From: Sumerlaeia bacterium
GTDB lineage: Bacteria > Sumerlaeota > Sumerlaeia > SLMS01 > JAHLLQ01
Length of the DNA: 64,000 bases
Direction of reading: 5' to 3'
NCBI GenBank assembly: GCA_040219255.1
Contig: JAVJSW010000042.1
Location: forward strand, 128,001-192,000
Shown here: positions 1 to 8,522 of the stretch, piece after piece
Numbering within the stretch: the first letter of the stretch is position 1
Layout: every line of letters starts with the position of its first letter
The notes under the pieces: generated by a model
Told to the model about the DNA's origin: nothing
Database searches by the model: none
The model's input: only the letters and a program-made list of their open reading frames with translations
Made by a program: the position numbers and the translations under genes

Positions 1-1
1 G

Positions 2-283
2 ACCTTCCAGGAAGGCTTGCAGCGGGTGAAAGCCGACTCGGGCAAACACTTCGATCCCGCCGTCGTGGAAGCCTTCGAGCGCTACATCCGCCGCCGCATC
101 GAAGCCGACGAAGCCGACTCGGACCCCGAAGGCGGTACGCTGGAAACCATGCGGGCCAAGGAAGCGGCCCGCGTCCTTCAGCGCCTCAATGAACAGGAAC
201 CCACCCCACGCGACGGCATCGCCCCCAATACGGAGCCTTTCAAGCGTCCCATCCCCGACCCGCAGACCCACCCGACTCCCTGA
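2..283 (+). CDS. HD-GYP domain protein, C-terminal fragment (5' truncated by window)
   Basis: GLQRVKADSGKHFDPAVVEAF matches the C-terminal GxxFDPxVVxAF motif of HD-GYP phosphodiesterases; the frame is open from the window start. Confidence 0.7.
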   Translation, partial: TFQEGLQRVKADSGKHFDPAVVEAFERYIRRRIEADEADSDPEGGTLETMRAKEAARVLQRLNEQEPTPRDGIAPNTEPFKRPIPDPQTHPTP

Positions 284-311
284 CCGGCCCTCTCGCGGAC
301 TACCCCCGGCT

Positions 312-1418
312 TCAGTTCTCTCTCAAGCGCACCCGATAGGTCTCTGTACGGTCGCGTTCCAGACGAACGATGCGTTCGTAATCGCGATAGCCGGGCCGCC
401 GCAAAACCAGTTCGTAGCGTCCCTCTGGCAATTCGAACGTCCGGGGGGTGCGCCCGAAATAGATCCCATCGATGAAAATCTCGGCGGCCGTCGGTTCCGA
501 GCGAAGCACCAGTTTGCCATAGTCCCCTCGGTCGTCCGCCGGTGGCGCATAGTGACCCGGGTAGGGATAGTAAGGCTCGCGGTCCGGCGGCGGCGGATAA
601 TATGGATCGCGGTAGGGCGGACGACCGTCCGGGTAGGCCGGATAGGCGGGTTCACCGGTGAATCCCTGCCGGTGGATTTCCACCGGCACCTGCGTCCAGC
701 CGGTCAACAATTCCTGGGGCTGGCCGTACCGGGCGATGGTGGACCGGCTGCGTTCGAGGCGCGCCAGGAAGTCTCCCGGCCGATCACGATGGACTGGGAA
801 GGCTTCGCGCTGGAGCGCCAGACCCATGTACTCACGCTCGACCCAGTCATAGATGGCGTTCGTCGCGACGAGGGAGAACACCTCGCGCCCCGCCGGTTCG
901 GACGCCACCAGTCCGTATTCGCCCCGGTCCGGAATCGTGTAGGTCACGCCCGCTCGCAGGTAGTTCTGGCGGTCGTAGGCGTTGGGAAAGAGCTGGCGCG
1001 TCCGCCCCTGGCCATCGGTGCTGAACAGGAATACGTAAGCGTCCTGATCCACCCGGAAGGTGAAACCGACACGTTCGCCGATGGTGTAGGTGCGCTGATT
1101 CGGCAGCAAATACGCCTGGATTTCCGAATCGTAGGCGCCGCCCGCCGTGCCGCCATCCGCATAGTAGCTGCCGCGGGGAATGGGCGTTACCTGGGGCGAT
1201 GTGACCACCGGCTCATTGAGCACCGATTCGCCAGGAAGGCGGCGCCGTTCCGACACGCGGTTGAGGTTCGGTGTGTCATTTTCCGAAACGCGTTCGCCGG
1301 CTTGCTCCGAACGTCGCGAAGGGTCCTGGGGCGTGGTTGGGTCCTGCGCCGCCGCCATTGTGGGCACCCCCAAGGCCAAAGCCATCAGAAGGGTGAAAAA
1401 GAGCCGCATCCATTTCAT
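312..1418 (-). CDS. Secreted DUF4384 + PEGA domain protein
   Basis: Signal peptide MKWMRLFFTLLMALALG..AAA; DUF4384-like YTIGERVGFTFRVDQDAYVFLF..QLFPN; Pro/Tyr linker; C-terminal PEGA-like LVLRSEPTAAEIFIDGIYFGRTP..PGY. Confidence 0.75.
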   Translation of the reverse strand: MKWMRLFFTLLMALALGVPTMAAAQDPTTPQDPSRRSEQAGERVSENDTPNLNRVSERRRLPGESVLNEPVVTSPQVTPIPRGSYYADGGTAGGAYDSEIQAYLLPNQRTYTIGERVGFTFRVDQDAYVFLFSTDGQGRTRQLFPNAYDRQNYLRAGVTYTIPDRGEYGLVASEPAGREVFSLVATNAIYDWVEREYMGLALQREAFPVHRDRPGDFLARLERSRSTIARYGQPQELLTGWTQVPVEIHRQGFTGEPAYPAYPDGRPPYRDPYYPPPPDREPYYPYPGHYAPPADDRGDYGKLVLRSEPTAAEIFIDGIYFGRTPRTFELPEGRYELVLRRPGYRDYERIVRLERDRTETYRVRLREN

Positions 1419-1618
1419 CGCTCGATCTTCCTTTCGTCGGACGTGGTGGCGGGGCCGGCGAGGCCCTATGACGCCCAAAACATTGACAACCCCGCTGCAA
1501 GATCGGTTCCCTTGCCCGTTCCGCCTTGCGGTTTGCCGCGCCGCCGGATTATTCCCTACGCGCCAGACGCCGTGCTCGCCTCCCGCTCGGCCAATCCGTC
1601 CGAAAGTCTTTGCCTCGA

Positions 1619-3253
1619 ATGCCTCAGCCCCTTGGTTACCTCAGCCTCGTTCTCCATGCCCACCTGCCCTTTGTCCGGCATCCAGAGTACGACGAGTTTC
1701 TGGAGGAAGATTGGCTCTACGAGGCCATCACGGAAACTTACCTTCCCCTCATCATGATGATGGAGACCCTCGAGCAAGACGGCTGCGACTTCCGCCTGAC
1801 GATGTCGCTGACGCCGACGCTCATCTCCATGCTCCAGGACGAACTGCTGCAAACCCGCTACGTTCGCCATCTCGAGCGCCTGATGGAACTGGCCGACCGC
1901 GAGGAGCAGCGCACTCGCCTGCAGGACGATTTCCACCCTCTGGCTCAGATGTACCAGGAGCACTTCGCCGCCTGCCACGAAGTGTACGAAAACCATCTCC
2001 ACCGCGACGTGGTCGGCGCCTTCGCCAAGTTTCAGAAGAAGGGCAACCTGGAGATCATCACCTGCGGCGCCACCCACGGCTTCCTGCCGCTGATGCAAAA
2101 CCAGCCTGAAGCCGTCAACGCCCAGGTTGCCGTCGCCGTCGATCACTACACCAAGACCTTTGGCCAGGCGCCCCGCGGCATCTGGAACGGCGAGTGCGGC
2201 TTCTTCCCCGGCCTGGACAAGATTCTGGCGAAGCATGGGCTCAAATACTTCTTCGTCGATACGCACGGCGTGCTCTTCGCCAACAAGCGCCCCAAGCGCG
2301 GCGTCTTCGCGCCCCTCCAGACCCCTGGCGGGCCCTACGCCTTTGGCCGCGACATGGAGTCCAGCAAGTCCGTCTGGAGCGCCGAGGTCGGCTATCCCGG
2401 CGACTTCCGCTATCGCGAGTTCTACCGCGACATCGGCTACGACCTGGACGGCGAGTACCTGCGCCCGTTCCTCGGCGAGCTGGGTCTGCGCAAAGCCCTC
2501 GGCATCAAGTACCACCGCATCACCGGCAAAGGGAACCTGCGCGAGAAAGAACCCTACGTCCCCGAAGACGCCACGGAAGCCGCCGCCAGCCACGCCGGCC
2601 ACTTCCTGTTCTGCCGCCAGCAGCAAGTCCTCCACCTCCAGGGACTCCTCGATCGGCCGCCGCTCATCACCTCGCCCTACGACGCCGAGCTCTTCGGCCA
2701 CTGGTGGTTCGAAGGACCCCAGTTCCTCGACTTCCTGCTACGCAAAATTCACTACGACCAGACCGATGTGGCGCTCATCACGCCGAGCGAATACCTGGAA
2801 CGTTACCCCGACGCCCAGGAAGCCATGCCAAGCCTATCCTCCTGGGGCAGCGGCGGCTACAACATGGTCTGGCTGGAGGGCTCGAACGACTGGATTTACC
2901 GCCACCTGACGAGCTGCGGCGCGCGCATGATCGACTTGGTGAACAAGACCGCTGAAGCCGGCGAACCGGACGCTCTGACGGAACGCACCCTGAACCAGGC
3001 CGCCCGCGAACTGCTCCTGGCGCAATCGAGCGACTGGGCCTTCATCATGAAAACCGGCACCACGGTTCGTTATGCGGTCAAGAGGACCAAGGAACACCTC
3101 AATTACTTCATCGCCCTCGTCGAAATGGTCGAACGCGGAGACATCGTCGAATCCACCCTCGCCGACCTCGAACACCGCGACAACATCTTCCCGGAAGTGA
3201 GCTGGCGGGTGTATATGACGGAGGCGCTGGGGGGCGTGACGACGAAGGTGTGA
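1619..3253 (+). CDS. GH57 1,4-alpha-glucan branching enzyme (DUF1957)
   Basis: Conserved GH57 regions HAHLP, GIWNGECG (nucleophile E), PYDAELFGHWWFEG (acid/base D) and AQSSDW. Confidence 0.9.
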   Translation: MPQPLGYLSLVLHAHLPFVRHPEYDEFLEEDWLYEAITETYLPLIMMMETLEQDGCDFRLTMSLTPTLISMLQDELLQTRYVRHLERLMELADREEQRTRLQDDFHPLAQMYQEHFAACHEVYENHLHRDVVGAFAKFQKKGNLEIITCGATHGFLPLMQNQPEAVNAQVAVAVDHYTKTFGQAPRGIWNGECGFFPGLDKILAKHGLKYFFVDTHGVLFANKRPKRGVFAPLQTPGGPYAFGRDMESSKSVWSAEVGYPGDFRYREFYRDIGYDLDGEYLRPFLGELGLRKALGIKYHRITGKGNLREKEPYVPEDATEAAASHAGHFLFCRQQQVLHLQGLLDRPPLITSPYDAELFGHWWFEGPQFLDFLLRKIHYDQTDVALITPSEYLERYPDAQEAMPSLSSWGSGGYNMVWLEGSNDWIYRHLTSCGARMIDLVNKTAEAGEPDALTERTLNQAARELLLAQSSDWAFIMKTGTTVRYAVKRTKEHLNYFIALVEMVERGDIVESTLADLEHRDNIFPEVSWRVYMTEALGGVTTKV

Positions 3254-3560
3254 GGCGGGGTAGTGGGTTAGACTTTCAACCACTGAGAGTACAAAGGTTG
3301 GTGGTTTCACGGAGTGCTTCGCTTGTCACGGATAAGCAGGGATAGGAAGCAGGTTTGTATTATTTAACTCTGATTTTCCTCGGTTTGGGCGTGTTCCTTC
3401 AGGACTGATGTTCGATCCGGGGAGTGGCCCTCTGGAATGATTTTTCGATTCCAAGTCTCCTGCATTTCTCTGTTGTTTTCTTGGGATGGCGACCCCAATA
3501 AAAGTCTCAAACCCAAATACGTTTCCAAATTTCAGCTGCTGGTACAGGGCAGGACCCCTA

Positions 3561-6500
3561 TTAGCGCAAAGTGGAAACCCCGCCCCCCTTCGCCGCCTCA
3601 TAATTCCCATCCAACCCCGGCCCCAGCAGCAGCAACTCCGCGATCCGCCGCACCATCGCCGTGACGTGGCGCGCCTCCTCTGGGCGCAGGGCGCGGCCCA
3701 GGACCTTTTCTTCGCGGTAGGAAAGCCACTTCTTCACCACCAGATAACCCCCCAGCGTGTAGTCCCAGACCTGCTCCGGCACGTTGCGCCAAGTGGCGGC
3801 GTCGGAGAGGAACACGTCGTGGGTGCGATGGCCCAGCAGCGCCAAGGCCGTGTCGAGATCGAGGCCCGCCGCCTCTGCCCCGGTGGCGAGGGCGGCTTGC
3901 TCGTCGAGGGCGAAGTCGCGCTCCTCGGAGCGGCCCTTGGCGGGCATGATGGCGCCCTTGGGAGTGCGGTAGCCCCAGTTCGCCCGAACGGCGAGGTCGC
4001 GGTCCGGGTCCAGGCGGTCCTTGCCGCGCGGCGTCAGCACCCCCATCTCCCGCAGGTGCGCCGCGATGGCGCCCGATGTGACCCCCTGCACGTCCGCTTC
4101 CGGGTCCAGCAGCGCCGCCACCCGCCGCCCCAGGGCCTCCGACGCCTCCAGCACGGCGCGGTCGCGGGGCAGCGGCACCCGGGGCCAGTCCTGCCGCAAC
4201 GCCCCGGCGTTCTCCTGCCGATAGCGCGGGCTGTGGAGGATCGCCAGCGCGTGGAAGAACAGCGCCTCGGGCCCGGCGCCGAGGCCGGCGAGGTAGCGGG
4301 CGGCGGCGTCGGAGAGGTTGGTGGAGGGCTCGGCGGTGGGAGTGTCGAAGAGGTCGCCGGTGTCGGTCGGGGCGAGGCGCAGAGGGAAGAGGAGACTGCA
4401 ATTCTCGATCAGGTGGAAAGAGCAAGGGGAACGTGAAACGAGCGGCGGATAGAAGCCTTTTCTCGGACGCTGCCCCGACACGAGCCAAAGGTTGTCCAAT
4501 GTAAAATGCGGAAACGACTCGCTCCGCTTTTCTTCCACAAGCTTGGTTTCTGGCTCCCAGTAGAGGGAGCGGAGATCGAACGGGCGGTGTAGGTAGGAAC
4601 GCACCCGGTCGGGAAGAAAGCCTCGTTGGAGAAGCTGGCTCCTTGCATCCTTCGCTGGAAATCTGCCCGTCTCCTTCGCCGCACAAGGAACCTGGGCCGC
4701 AAGTGCTGCGTCGTCAACTTCCGGGTCGAAATACATCTCCATGCGTTCGACTAAAGCCTCCTGGTCGTGATCCACCAAAAGCTCGTCTCGCGCCGTGATG
4801 ATGCCCGGGAAGGACACCGGGAACAACTCCGGCAGCTTCGGCCACTCGAAATACCCCTCGCTCGTCTGCGAGGGCAGGAAGGGGAAGCCAAGAGGGGCTT
4901 CCGGTTCCACCCGCCGATAGCCGCCTTCGCCTGTCTCTTCCAGACTGCGCAACATGGCATCGCGGCGGTCCGAAGCGCGGGCCTCGTGGAAGTCTCGATA
5001 ACGGACCTCCGCACCATTGCTTCCTCCCGGCTCTTTGCGAACCAGAAGTCCGATTCCCGTCCCCACCTTGATTCCGAGGGATTGCCCCTGGATGGCGAAG
5101 ACCGTCTCGCTGATCTTGCCTTCCGGGTTGTATTCCGAAATGATCCGGTTGCCGTGAAGATTGTCGATCCACACCCGGTCGAACACGTCCAGGTAGCGGT
5201 GGCGCATCACCGGGAACGAAAGGCCATCGAGCCAGGAGTAATTCGAGATGTAGCAGACGATCCCTTGGCCGCTGTCCTCGACGATCTTGTGCTCGGCCAT
5301 GCGGAAGAAGCGGACGTAGAGGTCGTTGAGGCCCTGGCCCTGGGGTTTGGGCACGTCGCGGGCGGGCGGGGTGCGATAGGCTTCCGAGAGGTCGCGCTCC
5401 TCCTCCATGCGGGCGATGCCCGCAAAGCCGTTGTAGGGCGGGTTGCCGAGGATGACGAGGATCTGCTTGTCGCGCTTGACCGCGTTGGCGGCGTCCCGCT
5501 CGGAGGCGAGTTCGGGGAAGGCGGCGAGGTCGTCGAGGCGGGTCTGCTGGGCGATGCGCTCCTCCGCCTTGCCCTCCTTGCCGCGCACCAGGACGCGCTT
5601 CTTCGCGGCATCCGGCGGCGCCCAGCCCGTCAGGGCGTTGGTGAGGAAGATGCCCGCGCGCTCGTTGTCGTCCTGGCGCAGCGCGGCGCCGTGCTTCTGC
5701 AATTCCAGGCCGATCTGGAGGTGGGCGACGACAAAGGGGGCGGGCAGCAGCTCGAAGCCGAAGACGCGCTCGCAGGCGGCGCGGCGCAGGTCGGTGCCGA
5801 GGAGGGCGTCGTCCTCGCCGTTGGCCTCCAGCGTGTGGCGGATGGTCCGCAGCACCTCGACCAGGAAAGCGCCCGTGCCGCAGCAGGGGTCCAGCACCGT
5901 GACGCGCGGGTCGGCGAGGCCGCTGGCGATGCCCAGTTCCTCGCGCAGCGCCCGGTCCACCCGGGCCACCATGTAGCGGACGATCTCGCGCGGGGTGTAC
6001 CAGACGCCGAGGTCTTTGCGCAGGTCCGGGTCGAACGCCTGGAGGAACGGCTCGTAGAAGTATTGGACGGCGTCCTCGTCACGAAAGCGGGCGAAGAACT
6101 CGGACCGGTCCACGCGATTGAGGGCGGCGGCGGTCCAGTCGAGGACTTCCTCAAGGTCCAGGGGCCGAAGGCTGGTGGGCGAGGCGATCTGGCCGAAGAG
6201 GGCGGAAATCATGGGCACCCGCAGGGTCCAGCCCGCCAGGCGCCAATCGAAACGGGCTTCGCGCCCCGGGTTCTCGCGCGACCACAGCACCCAGGCGGAG
6301 AAGATGCCGTAGAACAGCGTCTGCACCAGGGTGGAGCGAAAGAAGGCGTCGCCCTTCTCGTCCTCGAAGCGGATGCCGAGGGCGCCTTCCATGGCTTTGC
6401 GGACGTGAACCAGGGCGTCCAGATGGGCCTTCGCATCGACGCGGGCCTTGGCGTCGCGGGCGTAGCTGGCGAGGAACCAGGCGAGGTCTTCCGGCGAACG

Positions 6501-7049
6501 CAGCGGCGCGTTGTGCGAGAGGACGCGGCGGAGGAACTCCAGCAGCAGCGGGCCGCGCTCCTCTGCGGTGGCCCGGGCGCGGGCGGCGCATTGCCAGAAG
6601 TCGCGTTCGGAGTCGGCGAACTGGAAGCGTTCGAGGACGCGCGGCTTGGTGTCCGGCCCCCGGCCGACCAGCAGGAAGTCGCGGAAGTTGGTGACGAGGA
6701 CCGTGCCGTAGGCGTCGAGGTACTTGGCGACCTGGGGGCTGGCGGCGGTGGTGGTGGCGTCCTCGAAGGGGCTCTTGACCTCGATGGCGCCGCGTTCGGG
6801 GGCAGGGGCGGTCTCGGCGAACGCCTGCAAATCCTCGCCCTTGCGGAACTGCTGGGCCGTGAAGAGGCCGCCGTCGGGAATGCCCGCGCCCCGGCTGCGA
6901 AGCTGCATCACGGCCTCGACCTTCGGCGAGAGGTCGCGGCCCACGGCGGAGAGAAGCGCCTGGAGCGGGCCATAGAAGGAGGTTTCCTTCGTGCCGCCAG
7001 CGGCGCGGGCGTGGGAGATGTCTCGGAGGAATTGCTCGACGGGCGACAC
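3561..7049 (-). CDS. Single-polypeptide restriction-modification enzyme (PD-(D/E)xK nuclease + N6-adenine MTase + Type ISP-like specificity domain; Type IIG-like, no helicase)
   Basis: N-terminal GIPDGGLF..GAIEVK; MTase motif I VLDPCCGTGAFL and motif IV GNPPY; YFYEPFL..GVWYTP; C-terminal DWPRVP and VWDYTLGGYLVVKKWLSYR typical of LlaBIII-like C-termini; no Walker A/DEAH seen. Confidence 0.85.
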   Translation of the reverse strand: MSPVEQFLRDISHARAAGGTKETSFYGPLQALLSAVGRDLSPKVEAVMQLRSRGAGIPDGGLFTAQQFRKGEDLQAFAETAPAPERGAIEVKSPFEDATTTAASPQVAKYLDAYGTVLVTNFRDFLLVGRGPDTKPRVLERFQFADSERDFWQCAARARATAEERGPLLLEFLRRVLSHNAPLRSPEDLAWFLASYARDAKARVDAKAHLDALVHVRKAMEGALGIRFEDEKGDAFFRSTLVQTLFYGIFSAWVLWSRENPGREARFDWRLAGWTLRVPMISALFGQIASPTSLRPLDLEEVLDWTAAALNRVDRSEFFARFRDEDAVQYFYEPFLQAFDPDLRKDLGVWYTPREIVRYMVARVDRALREELGIASGLADPRVTVLDPCCGTGAFLVEVLRTIRHTLEANGEDDALLGTDLRRAACERVFGFELLPAPFVVAHLQIGLELQKHGAALRQDDNERAGIFLTNALTGWAPPDAAKKRVLVRGKEGKAEERIAQQTRLDDLAAFPELASERDAANAVKRDKQILVILGNPPYNGFAGIARMEEERDLSEAYRTPPARDVPKPQGQGLNDLYVRFFRMAEHKIVEDSGQGIVCYISNYSWLDGLSFPVMRHRYLDVFDRVWIDNLHGNRIISEYNPEGKISETVFAIQGQSLGIKVGTGIGLLVRKEPGGSNGAEVRYRDFHEARASDRRDAMLRSLEETGEGGYRRVEPEAPLGFPFLPSQTSEGYFEWPKLPELFPVSFPGIITARDELLVDHDQEALVERMEMYFDPEVDDAALAAQVPCAAKETGRFPAKDARSQLLQRGFLPDRVRSYLHRPFDLRSLYWEPETKLVEEKRSESFPHFTLDNLWLVSGQRPRKGFYPPLVSRSPCSFHLIENCSLLFPLRLAPTDTGDLFDTPTAEPSTNLSDAAARYLAGLGAGPEALFFHALAILHSPRYRQENAGALRQDWPRVPLPRDRAVLEASEALGRRVAALLDPEADVQGVTSGAIAAHLREMGVLTPRGKDRLDPDRDLAVRANWGYRTPKGAIMPAKGRSEERDFALDEQAALATGAEAAGLDLDTALALLGHRTHDVFLSDAATWRNVPEQVWDYTLGGYLVVKKWLSYREEKVLGRALRPEEARHVTAMVRRIAELLLLGPGLDGNYEAAKGGGVSTLR

Positions 7050-7158
7050 GGCGTGGGGGCGGCTCCTGGAAGGAGAAGAATCAGGAGCGACTTTGAAACC
7101 GGGAACGCAACCGGCGCAAGCGTTCCCGCCGCCGGATGAATTCGCGGTGGGACAAACG

Positions 7159-7185
7159 AAAAACGCCGCCTGAAACCGGGCGGCG
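7159..7185 (-). terminator. Rho-independent terminator of tRNA-Thr
   Basis: CGCCGCC/GGCGGCG stem (7164-7185) followed on the minus strand by a T tract, 25 nt past the tRNA CCA. Confidence 0.7.
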
Positions 7186-7210
7186 AAAAGTTCTGTCAGT
7201 TGAAGTTGCG

Positions 7211-7285
7211 TGGAGCCGATGGTCAGATTCGAACTGACGACCTACGCATTACGAGTGCGTTGCTCTACCCCTGAGCTACATCGGC
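7211..7285 (-). tRNA. tRNA-Thr(CGT)
   Basis: Reverse complement GCCGATGTAGCTCAGGGGTAGAGCAACGCACTCGTAATGCGTAGGTCGTCAGTTCGAATCTGACCATCGGCTCCA folds as a cloverleaf; anticodon arm ACGCA-CT CGT AA-TGCGT; TTCGA T-loop; encoded CCA. Confidence 0.97.
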
Positions 7286-7328
7286 TCGCTGTCCCGTCAA
7301 CTTGGGGGTTGGACTGACGGGGCCGTGG

Positions 7329-7358
7329 AGTGAACGAAAAAAGCCGGGGGGCTGTCAA
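7329..7358 (-). promoter_or_regulatory. Probable sigma70 promoter of tRNA-Thr
   Basis: Perfect TTGACA, 18 nt spacer, degenerate -10 TTCACT, about 45 nt upstream of the tRNA. Confidence 0.45.
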
Positions 7359-7376
7359 GCGCGGAGTGAGGCCGAA

Positions 7377-8381
7377 TCACAAAATCTGTTCGACGTCGAT
7401 GTGGGCCGTTGAGAAGATGTGGTTGAGCACCGTGGCCATGGAGCCGACGGGGCCGCTTTCGGGGCCGAGGTCGCAGGTGGCGACTTCGATGGAGTCTTGC
7501 AGTTTGAGTTTCTTGAGCTGGCCGTGCAGTTCCTTGATCGATTCGTCGAGGTTTTCGTTCTTCGAGGCGCTGAAGATGATGGCTTCGGGATCGAAGAGGG
7601 GAATGAGTTGGGCGATGGACTTGGCCAGTTCTTTCGGATTGGCGGCGCCATCCAGTGTGCCGGCGCCCCCGGAGACGCCTTTGTAAATGCGCTTGTTGAT
7701 CACGAGGACGGCTTCCGCTTCGCCATCGGTGTCGGCGTAAATGAAGGTCTGGTAGGACTTCGCGGCGCCGAACCAGAGGGAGCCGAGGGCCATGACGCGG
7801 GCGCGGGTTTCGTGCAGCACGGGAACGCCGAAGCTGCGGCCGAGGGCGACGCGGACGGCGTTGCCGCTTTCTCCGGAGATTCCGAGGCCGATGCCGGAGA
7901 GGGGCGGGATTTCCTCCTCGCCTTTATAGGACGAGGCGGCCTTCTGGGCGATTTCGCAGATCGCGTTTCCAAAGCCTTCGCCGCTGCCGCTGGGGCGGGG
8001 GTGGCTTTCCCGGACCAGGACCTCGCCGTTGAGATCGGCGTAGATGCAGGTGACCTTTTCCGGCCCGACATCGATGCCGAGCACCATGGCGGCCCGGGCG
8101 TTGAGGGTGCACGGGATGGGGCGCCGGCCGCGGGCGGTTTTCTTCGCTTCGCCCTGAATCACCAGACCCGCGTCGACGAGTTCGTCGACCAGGAAGGTGA
8201 CGCTCGGCAGGTTGTAGCCGATCAGTTTGGCGATGTCGGCGCGGGAGAGCGGGCCGAAATCGCGGATCACGCGCAGGACGCTGTGCTTGCGGATGCGCTT
8301 CTTCTCGATGGAGCGGTCCATCGGGGTGTCGGTCCGGGGGACCAGGATGAGATCGGGGCGGATGGAAACTTCGGTCATCAC
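7377..8381 (-). CDS. ROK family transcriptional regulator (shortened, degenerate sugar-binding domain)
   Basis: N-terminal HTH GPLSRADIAKLIG..SVTFLVDEL, GRRP linker, VLGIDVG and FDPEAII. Confidence 0.85.
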   Translation of the reverse strand: MMTEVSIRPDLILVPRTDTPMDRSIEKKRIRKHSVLRVIRDFGPLSRADIAKLIGYNLPSVTFLVDELVDAGLVIQGEAKKTARGRRPIPCTLNARAAMVLGIDVGPEKVTCIYADLNGEVLVRESHPRPSGSGEGFGNAICEIAQKAASSYKGEEEIPPLSGIGLGISGESGNAVRVALGRSFGVPVLHETRARVMALGSLWFGAAKSYQTFIYADTDGEAEAVLVINKRIYKGVSGGAGTLDGAANPKELAKSIAQLIPLFDPEAIIFSASKNENLDESIKELHGQLKKLKLQDSIEVATCDLGPESGPVGSMATVLNHIFSTAHIDVEQIL

Positions 8382-8522
8382 GGTTCGGGCAGCCTCGGAA
8401 AAGGAAATCGGAAATTTAATTCCACAGTGGCTAGTGGCACCTATTCTCCGACATATTACACCCTTTTTCTAACCATCCCCCCATGTGGGGAAAGGTTTTT
8501 TTCGAAAAAAGGACGGCCCAAG

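Noticed and set aside
3254-3560. Possible small gene or attachment site downstream of the R-M gene
   Set aside because: Only short ORFs without a convincing SD or motifs; no copy of the tRNA 3' end found by eye.
4767-7139. Long antisense ORFs (790 aa here; also 7419-9701, 32670-35249, 37310-39400, 49764-51260, 16635-18842)
   Set aside because: These are shadow ORFs opposite well-supported genes, expected from high GC3; no recognisable motifs.
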